A stretch of 63,513 nt of DNA, counting the filler, from Reclinomonas americana ATCC 50394 (taxonomy: Eukaryota): assembly GCA_048213135.1 (NCBI GenBank). It is 8 parts of 3 records of this genome, joined end to end, with 100 filler letters (N's around TTAATTAATTAA, not from the genome) between each part and the next. Parts side by side here need not be neighbours in the genome. Positions count along the whole stretch, not along the records: positions 1 to 16,469 come from PS015157.1; 7 more parts are not named here. One strand, 5' to 3'. The notes beneath the pieces are model-generated. The model saw only the letters and a list, made by a program, of their open reading frames with translations, ran no database searches and was not told where the DNA came from. The position numbers and the translations under genes are program-made. Each line of letters begins with the position of its first letter. Within the stretch, counting starts at the first letter, position 1. Of this stretch, positions 1 through 11,594 are shown piece after piece.

Positions 1-1548
1 TAGAACTCGAGGGCCATCGCCACCTGCTCTTTGTTGCAGAGTTCTTCATAGACGCCCGAGGAGAGAGTCTGCATGCAAATTGGTGTGAGATAGAGAGAAT
101 GGTGGAAGAGTGTGCATGTTATGTGTGCACGTGCCTTGCGCAGTGGCAAGTCGCTCAGACGAGGTGGGGAGCTCATGGAGAGACTGCGGCGGAATTCTCG
201 ACGATTGATATTGAGGAGGACGACTCGCTCGGGACAGCTTACGAGAGGCTAGGGCATGGTTCGAGTGCTATAAGAGGAGGAGGGATGGAAACGTACAATG
301 GAGATCTGCCGCGGCCGATCGCGATCGCGACGTCGCAGCGATCGACGACGTCGACGTCGTTCGAGTTCGTGTCGCGTTCTGGAACAGACTTGACAACAGG
401 CATGCAACTCGACAGGCTGCCACTACTGCTAGACCTACCCTAGACTCTGCTTTGCTCACTGCTGCTGCAACGTCAAGCCACGCGGCCGGGCGCTCGGCGG
501 AAATATTACTGTACATTCGCTCTGAGAGCAGTCATCGGAGATATATCTAGATCTGCAACCTCGCAGGTACGCAGTCAGGGCTCGTTGCAATTAGACGCAG
601 CGCCTTCGTCTCACACTGTCTCATATCACTGTGTTTCGAGCCAGGTCCAAAACTTTCAATTCGTCGGCCAGGTCAGACAAGTTGCATTTTTCCTCTCCCG
701 CACGCAGGGACACTGCGCTTTCGCTTCCGCCCTCTAACCACTCAACAACCTCTGCCCCCACGTCTCAGCGATGCTACGCAACTTAGTACTTGCCCTGCGT
801 CTGCATCCTGACAAGCCACTCACGGGTGAGTAATCTTTTTTCCTCGACTGTGATCATTGTGTGCTCGTGTTTGAGGAGGCATGGGCAGAGGGTGAGAGGG
901 TGAGAGAGGGTGCAGAGTGAGGGGGTTGCTGTGTGTACAACACGCGAGTGTGTGCGTGTCCGCGTGTGTGGTAGAGAGTGCCTGGATTATGTTTGTTGTC
1001 GGCCAGATTTCCCCATTGTCAACCATCAACGCCCCTCCCTGTGCCTCCCTCCCACTCCCCATTCATCGCCTCTTCCACATTGAAAGCGCTTTCGTCGTTA
1101 GCGCGGTTGATGAGACTCAATCATGACTTATATTTTTCCGATGCCATTTTGTCATCACTTTGGCTCTGTCTCTATCTGGCTCTGTCTCTCTCTCTGTCTG
1201 TCTGTCTGTCCGTCTTCTTGCCTGTTCTCTCACTTTCTTCTCTTACTTGCCCTCCCTTCCTCTCCACTCTCCTATTGTGCCCTCCGAGTGGTGAGAAATC
1301 CGGCAAATTTCGACTGCAGCAGCATTTTGTTGTCAGAGACAGCAACTCGATTTCCTCTCTCGCTCTCTCCATCTCTGGCTTCGCACCCACTGCCTCCGTG
1401 ACATGCGTCGGGGACTTTCCCAAATTTTCCTCTTCGCCTTCGCCTTTGGTGGGGAAGAATTCAGTATGTTGTTATCATGCCGGCATGACGGATCTGTTGG
1501 TTTGGTATGATTGCGAAACAAACCGAGCTGGTTTCCACGTGCACAGCG

Positions 1549-3064
1549 ATGGACTATTTCGTGAAGACACTTGTCGACGACACGCGTGCCGGCGCCAGTG
1601 CCGACCCCACTGCTGCTTCCTCTCCGCCGTCGGCTTTGCGTCCTCGTGTGACCCATTCACTTGGTCCACACGAGGTGCACGTGGGGGCGGAGTTGGACGA
1701 GTGGGCGACGCGCGATGGCCGCACCTCATTCCGTTTCTCTCCCGGCCAAGTGCTCTTGATGATAGCTGTGCCGTCGGCTCCAGCAAACAAGGAAGCACCG
1801 AATTTCGTGCTGCGAGGAGTACTGTTTCATGCCGAGCGCAAGACGCCCGAGGAGACCCTGCGTGCGAATCTTGACGCCGCCCGTGCCGTGTGTGTCAGCA
1901 TTCAGGAGACAGCCCCCGAGTCGGCGCGAGCCGATCTCGAGCATCCACGGGTTCTCGCGATGCACATCGAGTGGCCAGTGTCGAAGAATGGTGCGTACAT
2001 GAAGTTTGTTCCTCCATGGCAATCGAGCACATTTTTCCGACATTGTACTTCTTCTTTGCAGACGATCAGCAGCAGATACGACTCCCGGACGGCGTTTCGT
2101 GGCCGCCGCTGTCCAACTCGGTGCCTGGAGGAGACGTCAAGGCACAACTGCATGTGGACACGGGTGACCAGTTGCGTCTCCCTCTTGTACGTAGAGGCAG
2201 TCACGATGGAACTGAGCATTGCTGTTGTAGGCATGCTCACGTACGGACCAATCAATTCATCTACAAGTGGCGCTTTGCGGTGCGTCTGCAGCTTCCCGAC
2301 CTCGTCAGCGTTGGTGAGCTGCGCACGGCCATTCCCGCTTCTCGACTCGGTCACAATGCGCCATTCCTGCCTGGAGTGATTCTGTACGAGGTCTCCAGAG
2401 ATCTGGCGTACAATGGCCAGGCTGTGCTTGACGCGGCACAGGAGGAGGTGAGGAGAATCAAACACACACAGGCGGGAGCAAGATGATACATTGCAACTCA
2501 CCTCTCGATGTGCGCAGGCTCGTCCGCTTCTGCGCCGCACACTCCACCCGCACGCTGACGACTTGCGCCAGGCAGTCGCGTTGCATGCAAAGCTGTGCGA
2601 CGAGTCGTGGCGCCTCGACAAGTTTGGGCACTCGACGGCGCTGATGCTCGAGTCGATGCTCGCCGAATACACCATGCTGCTGCGCGAGGGAGTTGCGTAC
2701 CGCCCCCTCTCCCGCACCTCCCATACTCGCCTCTCATCGCTGGCACCGTCGCAGAACCGCCGTCGCTACTTGCCAGAAACCATGCAAGAGATTGCAAATT
2801 TGCGTCGCAGTATGGAGCACCTGGGAGCACGCCTTCAAGCGCACATTACTGGACTCCTCGGTTTGTGCAACAGCTTTTGTGAATGCAGCTTCTCTCTCCT
2901 TGGATACTTAGCCTGCCGCGCAGCTGCCGATCGGATTCACGAGACCTCCCGGTCAAGGAAAGGAGACGGATTGTTGCATGGCGACGGGCATTCATGACTC
3001 ACAGCAATACGAGCAACATGGAATTATCAAACCGCAGCGCTGCGTGTCGCGGGGCCCACGATAG
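1549..3064 (+). CDS. Multi-exon hypothetical protein, no recognised domain (3' end uncertain)
   Basis: Consecutive long ORF segments (MDYFVKTL...WPVSKN; DQQQIRLP...AAQEE; ARPLLRR...) join in frame through GT-AG introns, e.g. donor GTGCGT ~1991 with acceptor ...TTTGCAG 2061, and donor GTGAGG ~2448 with acceptor ...GCGCAG ~2517. The last exons could not be resolved uniquely. Confidence 0.45.
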
Positions 3065-3229
3065 ACCGGGATTAGTCTTACTCGGGGTTCGCTCGGACGG
3101 AGCACGAGCTGTGGACGCAGACCGGCGGCGCTGGCGGTCTTGAGTGTACAAACAATGTACAAACCGACCGTTGTGATCAAAAAATTCCGATTTCTTGCTT
3201 CTGACGAGAGGAGAAAAAAGACAAGACCC

Positions 3230-3536
3230 ATGTCCACCGCCACCGCCGCGTCAGCAGCAGGTCATGACACACGCAGTGCCTCGCCTTCGTCGCTGGCCGG
3301 CAGCGACGGATCCTCAGACGCTCTCAGTGACGACACCTCGGTGGTCACCGTCGGCGGCTGCGGCACCGATCGCAGCGAGGCACTGACTGATGTTCAAGTC
3401 AGGGCACTCACCGGGCGGCACTTGGAGCTGGTGTACCGCGATGGTAGTCGATACGCGGGCGCCATGCTCGACGTTGCGTTTTGTTTTCTGGAGTGGCATA
3501 TTTGTCTGGTTCCGCTGGCACGCCTCCGACAGTCAC

Positions 3537-3572
<36 letters not shown>

Positions 3573-6324
3573 TGTCGGAACTGTGCTGACTGCGCACGTG
3601 TGTCTTTGCAACACAGGGTTTGCGACACGGAAAAGGCATTCTGCGCCACTCCAACGGAGATGTGTACGACGGCAGCTTCCGAGGAGACGAGTTCCACGGG
3701 GAGGGCAGCTATACGTGGCGCGATGGTCGCCTGTATGTGGGCGAGTTTCGCTTTGGCAAGATGGATGGCGTTGTTGCGTGAGAGTGAGCGAGAATGTGAA
3801 GAAACCGTGCACTGATTTGTGCGTGTGTGTGTAGGGAACTCATACGTGGCCGGGTTGGTGTTGACGTGTTGCTTTTCAGAGCACTGCATGTGTCTGCATT
3901 CTGATGCTGTTCTTGTGCGTGCAGACGGAAGGTTGTATCAGGGGCAATGGCGTGACGACAAGTTTCATGGGACCGGATCGCACTCGCTGGCCGACGGTGG
4001 TCGCTACGCGGGGTTTGTCTTTGCCTGCAATGCTCAATCTCTTGTGGCGCCTATCCACTGATCTCTATCGTGCTGCGCAGCGAGTTCTACGACGGCCTTC
4101 GACACGGTGTGATGATGTCGAATCGATTACCGTACACGTTTCGCTAAAATACTGACACAGTTGCGTTCAGGTCACGGCACGTACCGAAATGCAGACGATG
4201 AGGAGTACAATGGTGACTGGCAGCATGGTGTCCGTGAAGGTACTGCGCATTCTCTGTGCTTGGAGGAGCATTCATCACTGATCACGTTGGCCGACAGGTT
4301 TCGGGGAGCAAGTGTGGAAGGACGGACGCACCTACAAGGGCGACTGGAAGCAAGGCATCCCGTGGGGACCAGGCTGCATGCGCTTTGCTAACGGCGATGT
4401 GTATGTCGGAGTTGCGTGGCGCGACAATCAAGATTTTGAATTCACCGTATCTCACCAAAGACTTGGTGGCAGGAATTCCGCGACGGCATGTTCCACGGAC
4501 CTGGTACGTACACGTACAAGGTGAGCGGCGTGGAGAGTTGTGGTCAGAGAGGCGAACGCCATTCCCGTTGTTCAATCCTGTCAACTTTGCGCAGAGCGGT
4601 GAAAAGTGGGAGGGCCGCTGGGAACGTGGCGAGCGCATGGCGGCCAACATTCCCAACGGCGTCGACATGCGTGGCGTAAGCCCTGTGCTCGGCGGTGCAA
4701 GTCCCGTGCCGCGCGGTCGTCTCATCGCCAGTCCTGCGTGGAGTGCGCCGAGCAGAAGTCCGTCCACATGCGGCGATGAAGACGAAGATGGTGATGCCGA
4801 CGAGCCACCAACCAGTGACACGATGAAGAGTCTGTCGCCGGCCATGTTTGGCGACGGTGACTCATCCATCGGCTCTTCTATGTGCGGTATGGCGCTGGCG
4901 CAGTACGCGTGGAGCGAACTGCGCGAGGCCACCTCAGACTTTTCGTCCCGCAATCGTCTTGGAGTGGTGCGTACAGAAAGTGTGCGGACACGATGGACGA
5001 CAGCGATTGTTCATGTCGCACTGTAGGGATCCAATTGGTATAGTGGTGAGTTGCACAATCGCGGCGGACGTGTTGTAGCGATTCGAACGCTTGACAAGGC
5101 TGCAACCGAGTTTGATCGTGAGGTTGGTTTGACGTCCATCCAACATGCGTGTGCGTGATGTCGCCAGCTCATCCTTGTTTGGTGCACGTACAGGTCGAAC
5201 TGCTGGGTCAGCTGCGACACCCCTACATTATTCGACTGCTCGGGTGGGCCACGGACAACAAGCGTCGGTACCTCGTGTTCAAGGCTGTGCGGTAAGTGTA
5301 GACGCAATGCAGCAGTTAACTGCTGAGTGCCACTAAACTTGAGAGCATCAGCGATCGCAACCTCGAGCACATGCTGGCCGACGAGAACATGCTGAACGTG
5401 CGCGACAAGTTGCACATTATGGTGCAATGCTGCAAGGGTCTTGCTTTTCTGCACAGGTACGGATGTGCCTCCAGCATCACGAGAAGTACAATACTGTTTA
5501 GTGACTGCTGACAATTGCAATTGTGTTCTGCCGTCGACAGCAACGGTGTCGTACATCGTGACATCAAGGCAAGTATCTCAACACGTAGATGTGCGCACTT
5601 TTCGATCTTCAACGCACTCACGTCGCGACTGCTTGCAGCCGGTCAACATCTTCATCTCGCCGTCGGGATCGGCAGTGCTGGCCAACCTGGGATGTTGCGC
5701 AATGGGTTTTTGAAGTGCATCGCCTCCGTGACTCTCATAGCAACAACTCGCATGCACAGTGGCCGTACAACTGCCGCCGCACTCGCGATTGGATGTTGCC
5801 GCCGACAGTGTCTCACTTGCTCACGTGAGTCGTCATCACGCCTGTGCAAAAGTAACTCAACTGACAGCTCCATTGCAGTCGTTGCAGCCAGTAGCAGCTG
5901 CGCACATGGTCTCCTCGGCAGCGTACATTGATCCAGAGTATGCTTCTTCTGGAAAATTGTCGTTTGCAGTGGACATGTTGTTGCGTCTGCCGTGCAGTGC
6001 AGTCTGTCACTTGTCGAATCGCTGACGCAGCACTGGCGATCTATTCTGTGGTCCAGTGCATTCGGTCTCGTGCTGGGGCGCATGATGCTGGCCGGCGCGG
6101 CGCCAGAACGAGTCAAGCAACTGATCGCCGAGGACCCAGACAACCCACCCGACTATGAGGAAGCGGTCACCGAATGGCCCTCGTCCCTCGGTGTCGAAAT
6201 GTGGCGAGTGGTGGCCGTCTGTCTGAGCGAGAATGCGGCGAAACGGCCGTCGGCTTCACAGCTACTGACCACATTGTCCATGCTGGAGGAGCACGCCGCA
6301 CGCTCACGCCCACGAAGACTCTAA
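3230..6324 (+). CDS. MORN-repeat protein with C-terminal IRAK/Pelle(RLK)-like pseudokinase domain, ~17 exons
   Basis: Spliced translation gives successive MORN repeats (YDGSFRGDEFHGEGSYTWRDG, YQGQWRDDKFHGTG, YNGDWQHGVREG, YKGDWKQGIPWGPG, YVGEFRDGMFHGPGTY). These are followed by YAWSELREATSDFSSRNRLG (Pelle/RLK pre-kinase motif), VAIRTL, FDREVELLGQLRHPYIIRLLG, VVHRDIKPVNI, ANLGLA, AYIDPEY, DMFAFG and CLSENAAKRPSASQL. Stop TAA at 6322-6324. Confidence 0.85.
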
Positions 6325-7385
6325 TCGAAAAAGTAAACAAGGAATGGAACCTGAAAAATAATTGCTGCTGTAACAATTGTAATTCATTTGGCGATACGAC
6401 GACCACGATAAACAGAGGGACACAAGAGAGAGATTACTGTNNNNNNNNNNNNNNNNNNNNNNNNNNNNNNNNNNNNNNNNNNNNNNNNNNNNNNNNNNNN
6501 NNNNNNNNNNNNNNNNNNNNNNNNNNNNNNNNNNNNNNNNNNNNNNNNNNNNNNNNNNNNNNNNNNNNNNNNNNNNNNNNNNNNNNNNNNNNNNNNNNNN
6601 NNNNNNNNNNNNNNNNNNNNNNNNNNNNNNNNNNNNNNNNNNNNNNNNNNNNNNNNNNNNNNNNNNNNNNNNNNNNNNNNNNNNNNNNNNNNNNNNNNNN
6701 NNNNNNNNNNNNNNNNNNNNNNNNNNNNNNNNNNNNNNNNNNNNNNNNNNNNNNNNNNNNNNNNNNNNNNNNNNNNNNNNNNNNNNNNNNNNNNNNNNNN
6801 NNNNNNNNNNNNNNNNNNNNNNNNNNNNNNNNNNNNNNNNNNNNNNNNNNNNNNNNNNNNNNNNNNNNNNNNNNNNNNNNNNNNNNNNNNNNNNNNNNNN
6901 NNNNNNNNNNNNNNNNNNNNNNNNNNNNNNNNNNNNNNNNNNNNNNNNNNNNNNNNNNNNNNNNNNNNNNNNNNNNNNNNNNNNNNNNNNNNNNNNNNNN
7001 NNNNNNNNNNNNNNNNNNNNNNNNNNNNNNNNNNNNNNNNNNNNNNNNNNNNNNNNNNNNNNNNNNNNNNNNNNNNNNNNNNNNNNNNNNNNNNNNNNNN
7101 NNNNNNNNNNNNNNNNNNNNNNNNNNNNNNNNNNNNNNNNNNNNNNNNNNNNNNNNNNNNNNNNNNNNNNNNNNNNNNNNNNNNNNNNNNNNNNNNNNNN
7201 NNNNNNNNNNNNNNNNNNNNNNNNNNNNNNNNNNNNNNNNNNNNNNNNNNNNNNNNNNNNNNNNNNNNNNNNNNNNNNNNNNNNNNNNNNNNNNNNNNNN
7301 NNNNNNNNNNNNNNNNNNNNNNNNNNNNNNNNNNNNNNNNNNNNNNNNNNNNNNNNNNNNNNNNNNNNNNNNNNNNNNNNNNNNN

Positions 7386-7610
7386 GGAGGCTGCTGCTGG
7401 CCACCACCATTGTTCTGACCACCATTGTTCTGGCCACCACCGTTCTGTGGCGGTGGAGGAGGAGCGGCTTGTGCACTGTGTGATCACATGAGGTGAGTGG
7501 GGCTGTGGTGTGGAGGGAGAGGGAGGGGAAAAGAGAGAAGAAGAGACTCACATGATGGCCACAATGACCAAGAGTGCCAGCACGGCAAGCACACGAGGAG
7601 AGAAGATCAT
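7386..7610 (-). CDS. 5' part of a small secreted Gly/Gln/Asn-rich protein (remainder in gap)
   Basis: ATG at 7610 gives MIFSPRVLAVLALLVIVAI (signal-peptide-like). After a GTGAGT...CACAG intron it continues IAQAAPPPPPQNGGGQNNGGQNNGGGQQQP into the N gap. Confidence 0.6.
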
Positions 7611-7614
7611 GATG

Positions 7615-7646
<32 letters not shown>

Positions 7647-8278
7647 GTGGAAGGAGGTTGTCAGCTCTCACAAGTGAGGTGTAATGTGGGGAGTGGGTTG
7701 GTTGCAAGGGGCATCGTGGCGGCTTTATAGCGTGTGCGAGTCGGGTGGCGAAGACTGCCGCGATGGATGGGTCTTGTGCGCTGCAATACAAGTGTAAATT
7801 GAAGTGGGTGACGGATATTTGAACTGGTGAATATTTTGCAATTGTCGCGAGGGGGAGGGGTAGGGAGGGGGGAGTTAATGGTGGTGATGCAGGTAGAGAT
7901 GTGCACATGGGGCGTGAAGAAAGCAGCGGAGAAGTTGATTTCCGAACCCGAACATGCAGCCAATTTTCCGATGATGCAGTGCAACCCGCTGCATGGCGTA
8001 CGAAGCTCGGATGAAGCCACAAGGCAGTCCAACAACACGCATATGTATTGCTGGAACCTCAACCGTCAGACCAAGCGAAGAGGGGGATCGGTTGGTCGAA
8101 TGACGTCGAAGACAAGTCTCTCTCACACGCACTCCATCGGCGTTCTCGAGCGCCTGTCTATGGCGAGCGGAGGGCTCCGATACCAACCACTGGCTGCCCG
8201 TGGTTGAAATCGCGAAACGAGCTGTCGTCCACAGGACGACAACGCAGCGAACACCACTCCGGCCTGGTGGAGAGTGTC

Positions 8279-9451
8279 ATGGAGCCCCCCGTCTCCAATG
8301 CCACCAAGCGCTGTCAGCGACTGGGCGTCCTACATCGCGTTCCATGTGCAGTGTGGCGAATGACCATATCACGCGATGGCGAGTGGGTGGCCACTGCTCC
8401 GGAGGACTCGGTGCTGCGTTTGGTGCGTCTGCCAAGCGCGGTTCCGGCGCCTCCAGATGGCGGTGTCGCCGAGGAGGTAGTCGAGCTGCGCGGTCACGAA
8501 AGTGCGGCGTTGCGCGTTTGCTTTTCTCAGCCCGCGGGGCGCTACCTGTTCAGCACCGGCTACGGCACCGATCCCTCTGTGCGCATGTGGGACGTGGCCA
8601 CGCGGCAGCAGGTGTGGAGAGGCGAGGGACACTCGGAGCTGACCTTTGCGCTGGCCGTGTCGCGGAATATGGAGACATCGCCGGCGGAGGCGCTGGTGGT
8701 CTCTGGCGATGACGCGAACGGTCTATTAGTGTGGCGCGGATCCGATGGCACTCAACTGGCTGCGCTGGTGCACAGCGACCATCCGCAGTGGTGTACGGGA
8801 GTTGCATTTGTGGATCCGGACGAGGAGCGACGAGCGGCTGGCTTGGGCGAGCGCTTCTTTGTCAGTGTGTCCACCGACGGCAGCATGATGGTGTGGAGCT
8901 CTGAGACGCTGGCTGCGATTGACCCTCCTCGCGAGCTGCCACAAGCTGCGTGGTCAGTAGCCGCCTCGCCATCTGGCACGTCGGTAATTGTCGGGGGCAA
9001 GGCGGGCCTGCTGATGCTGTGGACCGTCGCTGTGGTTGGTGCTGAAGATCACGTGGGCCTGGACCTGACGCTGGTGCGCACATTCGAGGCGCACGTCGGT
9101 GGTGTCTGTGATGTGACGTTTCTCGACGATGCCCACTTCTGCTCCTCGTCGTATGGTGAGTCTGCCACCTTCCTCGTCTGTAGTGCAACAGGAATCCTTC
9201 TGACAACACGCCATCAGACAAGTCGGCCATGTTGTGGAGTGCGAATGGGGCACAACTGGCTGTGATGCCCAACCACGGCAACTTTGTGGCGGCCTGCAGG
9301 CGCGCCAGCAACGGATGCCTCGTCACGGCCGATGGCGACGGCTCTCTCGTGTTGTGGGAACCGCTGACAGATGCTGCCATTGTGGAACTGGAGGCCGAGA
9401 GGGTCCTGTAGAGCCAGTAGTAGCTGCTGAAGCAGCTGCCGACGCTGAAGG

Positions 9452-9522
<71 letters not shown>

Positions 9523-9751
9523 GTTGTCGTCGTCGTAGNNNNNNNNNNNNNNNNNNNNNNNNNNNNNNNNNNNNNNNNNNNNNNNNNNNNNNNNNNNNNN
9601 NNNNNNNNNNNNNNNNNNNNNNNNNNNNNNNNNNNNNNNNNNNNNNNNNNNNNNNNNNNNNNNNNNNNNNNNNNNNNNNNNNNNNNNNNNNNNNNNNNNN
9701 NNNNNNNNNNNNNNNNNNNNNNNNNNNNNNNNNNNNNNNNNNNNNNNNAGG

Positions 9752-9825
<74 letters not shown>

Positions 9826-10132
9826 TGCTCGTGCAAATGCTTCCCGTGCGTCACTCAACTGTGCGTGCAGATCGAAGGGCGGCAGACGAGGAACTGATGC
9901 AACGCAACCGTGAGCTGGAGGCCACGGTGGCACGCCTGCAAGGCGAGGTCGCAGAGCTGCGCGCCGAGGTGCGCCGATTGCTGGTGCTAATGAGGGGAGT
10001 GGTGCGATGCAGCTCACACACATACGCATGTGTACGTTTCCTGTGCAGGTCTTACATCTTCGAGTCAACAACGACTACTGGATGGCTGACAACGCTCGAC
10101 TACGCCAACAACTTAACGATGGCCGCAACTGA
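8279..10132 (+). CDS. WD40-repeat protein with C-terminal coiled coil (apparent 1-nt frameshift near 9400)
   Basis: WD repeats include LRGHESAALRVCFS...VRMWD, GEGHSELTFALAVS and FEAHVGGVCDVTF...SSSY|DKSAMLW. Downstream exons ~9871-9968 (DRRAADEELMQRNRELEATVARLQGEVAELRAE) and 10049-10132 have good splice sites but need a 1-nt correction at ~9400. AATAAA lies at ~10148. Confidence 0.75.
9454..9822. repeat. (GT)n microsatellite in WD40 gene intron, interrupted by an assembly gap
   Basis: Pure GT dinucleotide runs on both sides of the gap. Confidence 0.95.
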
Positions 10133-10167
10133 ACTGCCGCAAGCAACAATAAAAACCTGCTTAAAAC

Positions 10168-11487
10168 CTACACTTGTGCGACGTTGGTCGCCTTGTTGGA
10201 AGTTGGTAATGAACTGAGCTCCGACGGTGGTGCAGTGGGCACCTTTGCCATTGCCGCAGTCGAGCGTGCAGTGGACGCCGCTCGGCTGCGAGCCCGCGGA
10301 CTCATCTCACGCTCGCGATTGGCGTCGGCCATGGATCGGTGGAGCATGATGACCACCTGGATGGTGAGCATCAGACCGGCCAACGCCTGCGGGAACAAGC
10401 GAGTGAGTCTGACTGGCGATGTCCATCAATGAGCAACAGCGGTACACGCGTACGCTCAACTTCAAACAGGCCGAGAACAGTGCCCGTGCCTCCGTCCAGC
10501 GCCGTCGGTGAGATCAACGAGTCCAGCAGGTTGGCAATCACCAATGCCGAGTACACCACGGCGCTGCCACACACAATGGTCGTCTGCATATGCACATCTG
10601 TCGTCAGTCAATCGTGGCGCGGCTGGTCAGCATGCACAGCGCAGCGCGTACCTTGACAAAAGCACGATCAAACGACTTGTTGGCCGTCGTCATGCTGTTG
10701 CTGTGTTTCAGTCGCCACACGTACACGGGCGCTGCCGCCAACAGCACCATCACTAGACACGTTGACGCCAAGAACACATACGTGTACACATCGGCCACGT
10801 TTCCACAAAACGTGCGATCAAATATACGCCACTTGCGGCACTGTGCGGCGAAGGCGTACACGCCGCACAGAATGCAGCTGACCACGGCCAGCGTCACTTG
10901 CACACACGCGACCACAGTCAGCATCCATCGCGCAGCTGTCCATCGCCGTCGTGCGGCCGTCGAGGGCTCCACACTCGGATGCATGGCCTTGATCAGACTG
11001 GTCACCACGCTCATCCAGTACACCACCATGAGCGTGAGCAGCAGACTGCAGGGCGCACACGTGGGCACGCTGGAGGAGAGACACTGAGAGCGAGAGACGG
11101 GACTCGCGGACAGCGTAACGCACTTGATGAAGAAATAGAACCCAAAGTAGAGGCCGAGTGCCATTGGCAAGTCGTCCACAGTGAGACGCAGTGCGATGAC
11201 CACAAAAGCCGTCTGGAAGGCGCCCATGGAGAGACAGGCCAGACGAATGGACTGCAGCAGCCAGAACATGACATGTTGCTTTCTCTTGGCACTGGTGGTG
11301 TGTGTGTGTGTGCGTGAACATGAGTACGTGTGTGTGTAGGAGTACGTGTGCAGCACTCACCCGCGACCGGGAATGACAAAGAGGTGATACACAAAGCTCG
11401 CAGTGGCCACGGCACACATGCACGCAAAGATCACTGTGTGTGCAATGTGGAGGCCCGACTGTGATGGTAAATGAGAGTGGTGAGCAT
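10168..11487 (-). CDS. Seven-transmembrane protein, paralog A (start tentative)
   Basis: Spliced product has ~7 hydrophobic segments: FVYHLFVIPGRG|, VMFWLLQSIRL, LLLTLMVVYW, LTVVACVQVTL, VYTYVFLASTCLVMVLL, TTIVCGSAVVYSAL and ALAGLMLTIQVVIML. Intron positions match the adjacent paralog. Confidence 0.7.
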
Positions 11488-11594
11488 GAGACAGAGTNNN
11501 NNNNNNNNNNNNNNNNNCGCAAGAAAAAGGCTGTCTAATGCGTGTCCGCTTCGTTATCAGACATCGATCTTCATCATTAATCGTGAGTTTACTA

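Noticed and set aside
1-1480. Short ORFs and CG-rich palindromic runs (e.g. GATCGCGATCGCGA, CGACGTCGACGTCG) at window start
   Set aside because: No recognisable domain, coherent splice pattern or extended hairpin; cannot support a feature.
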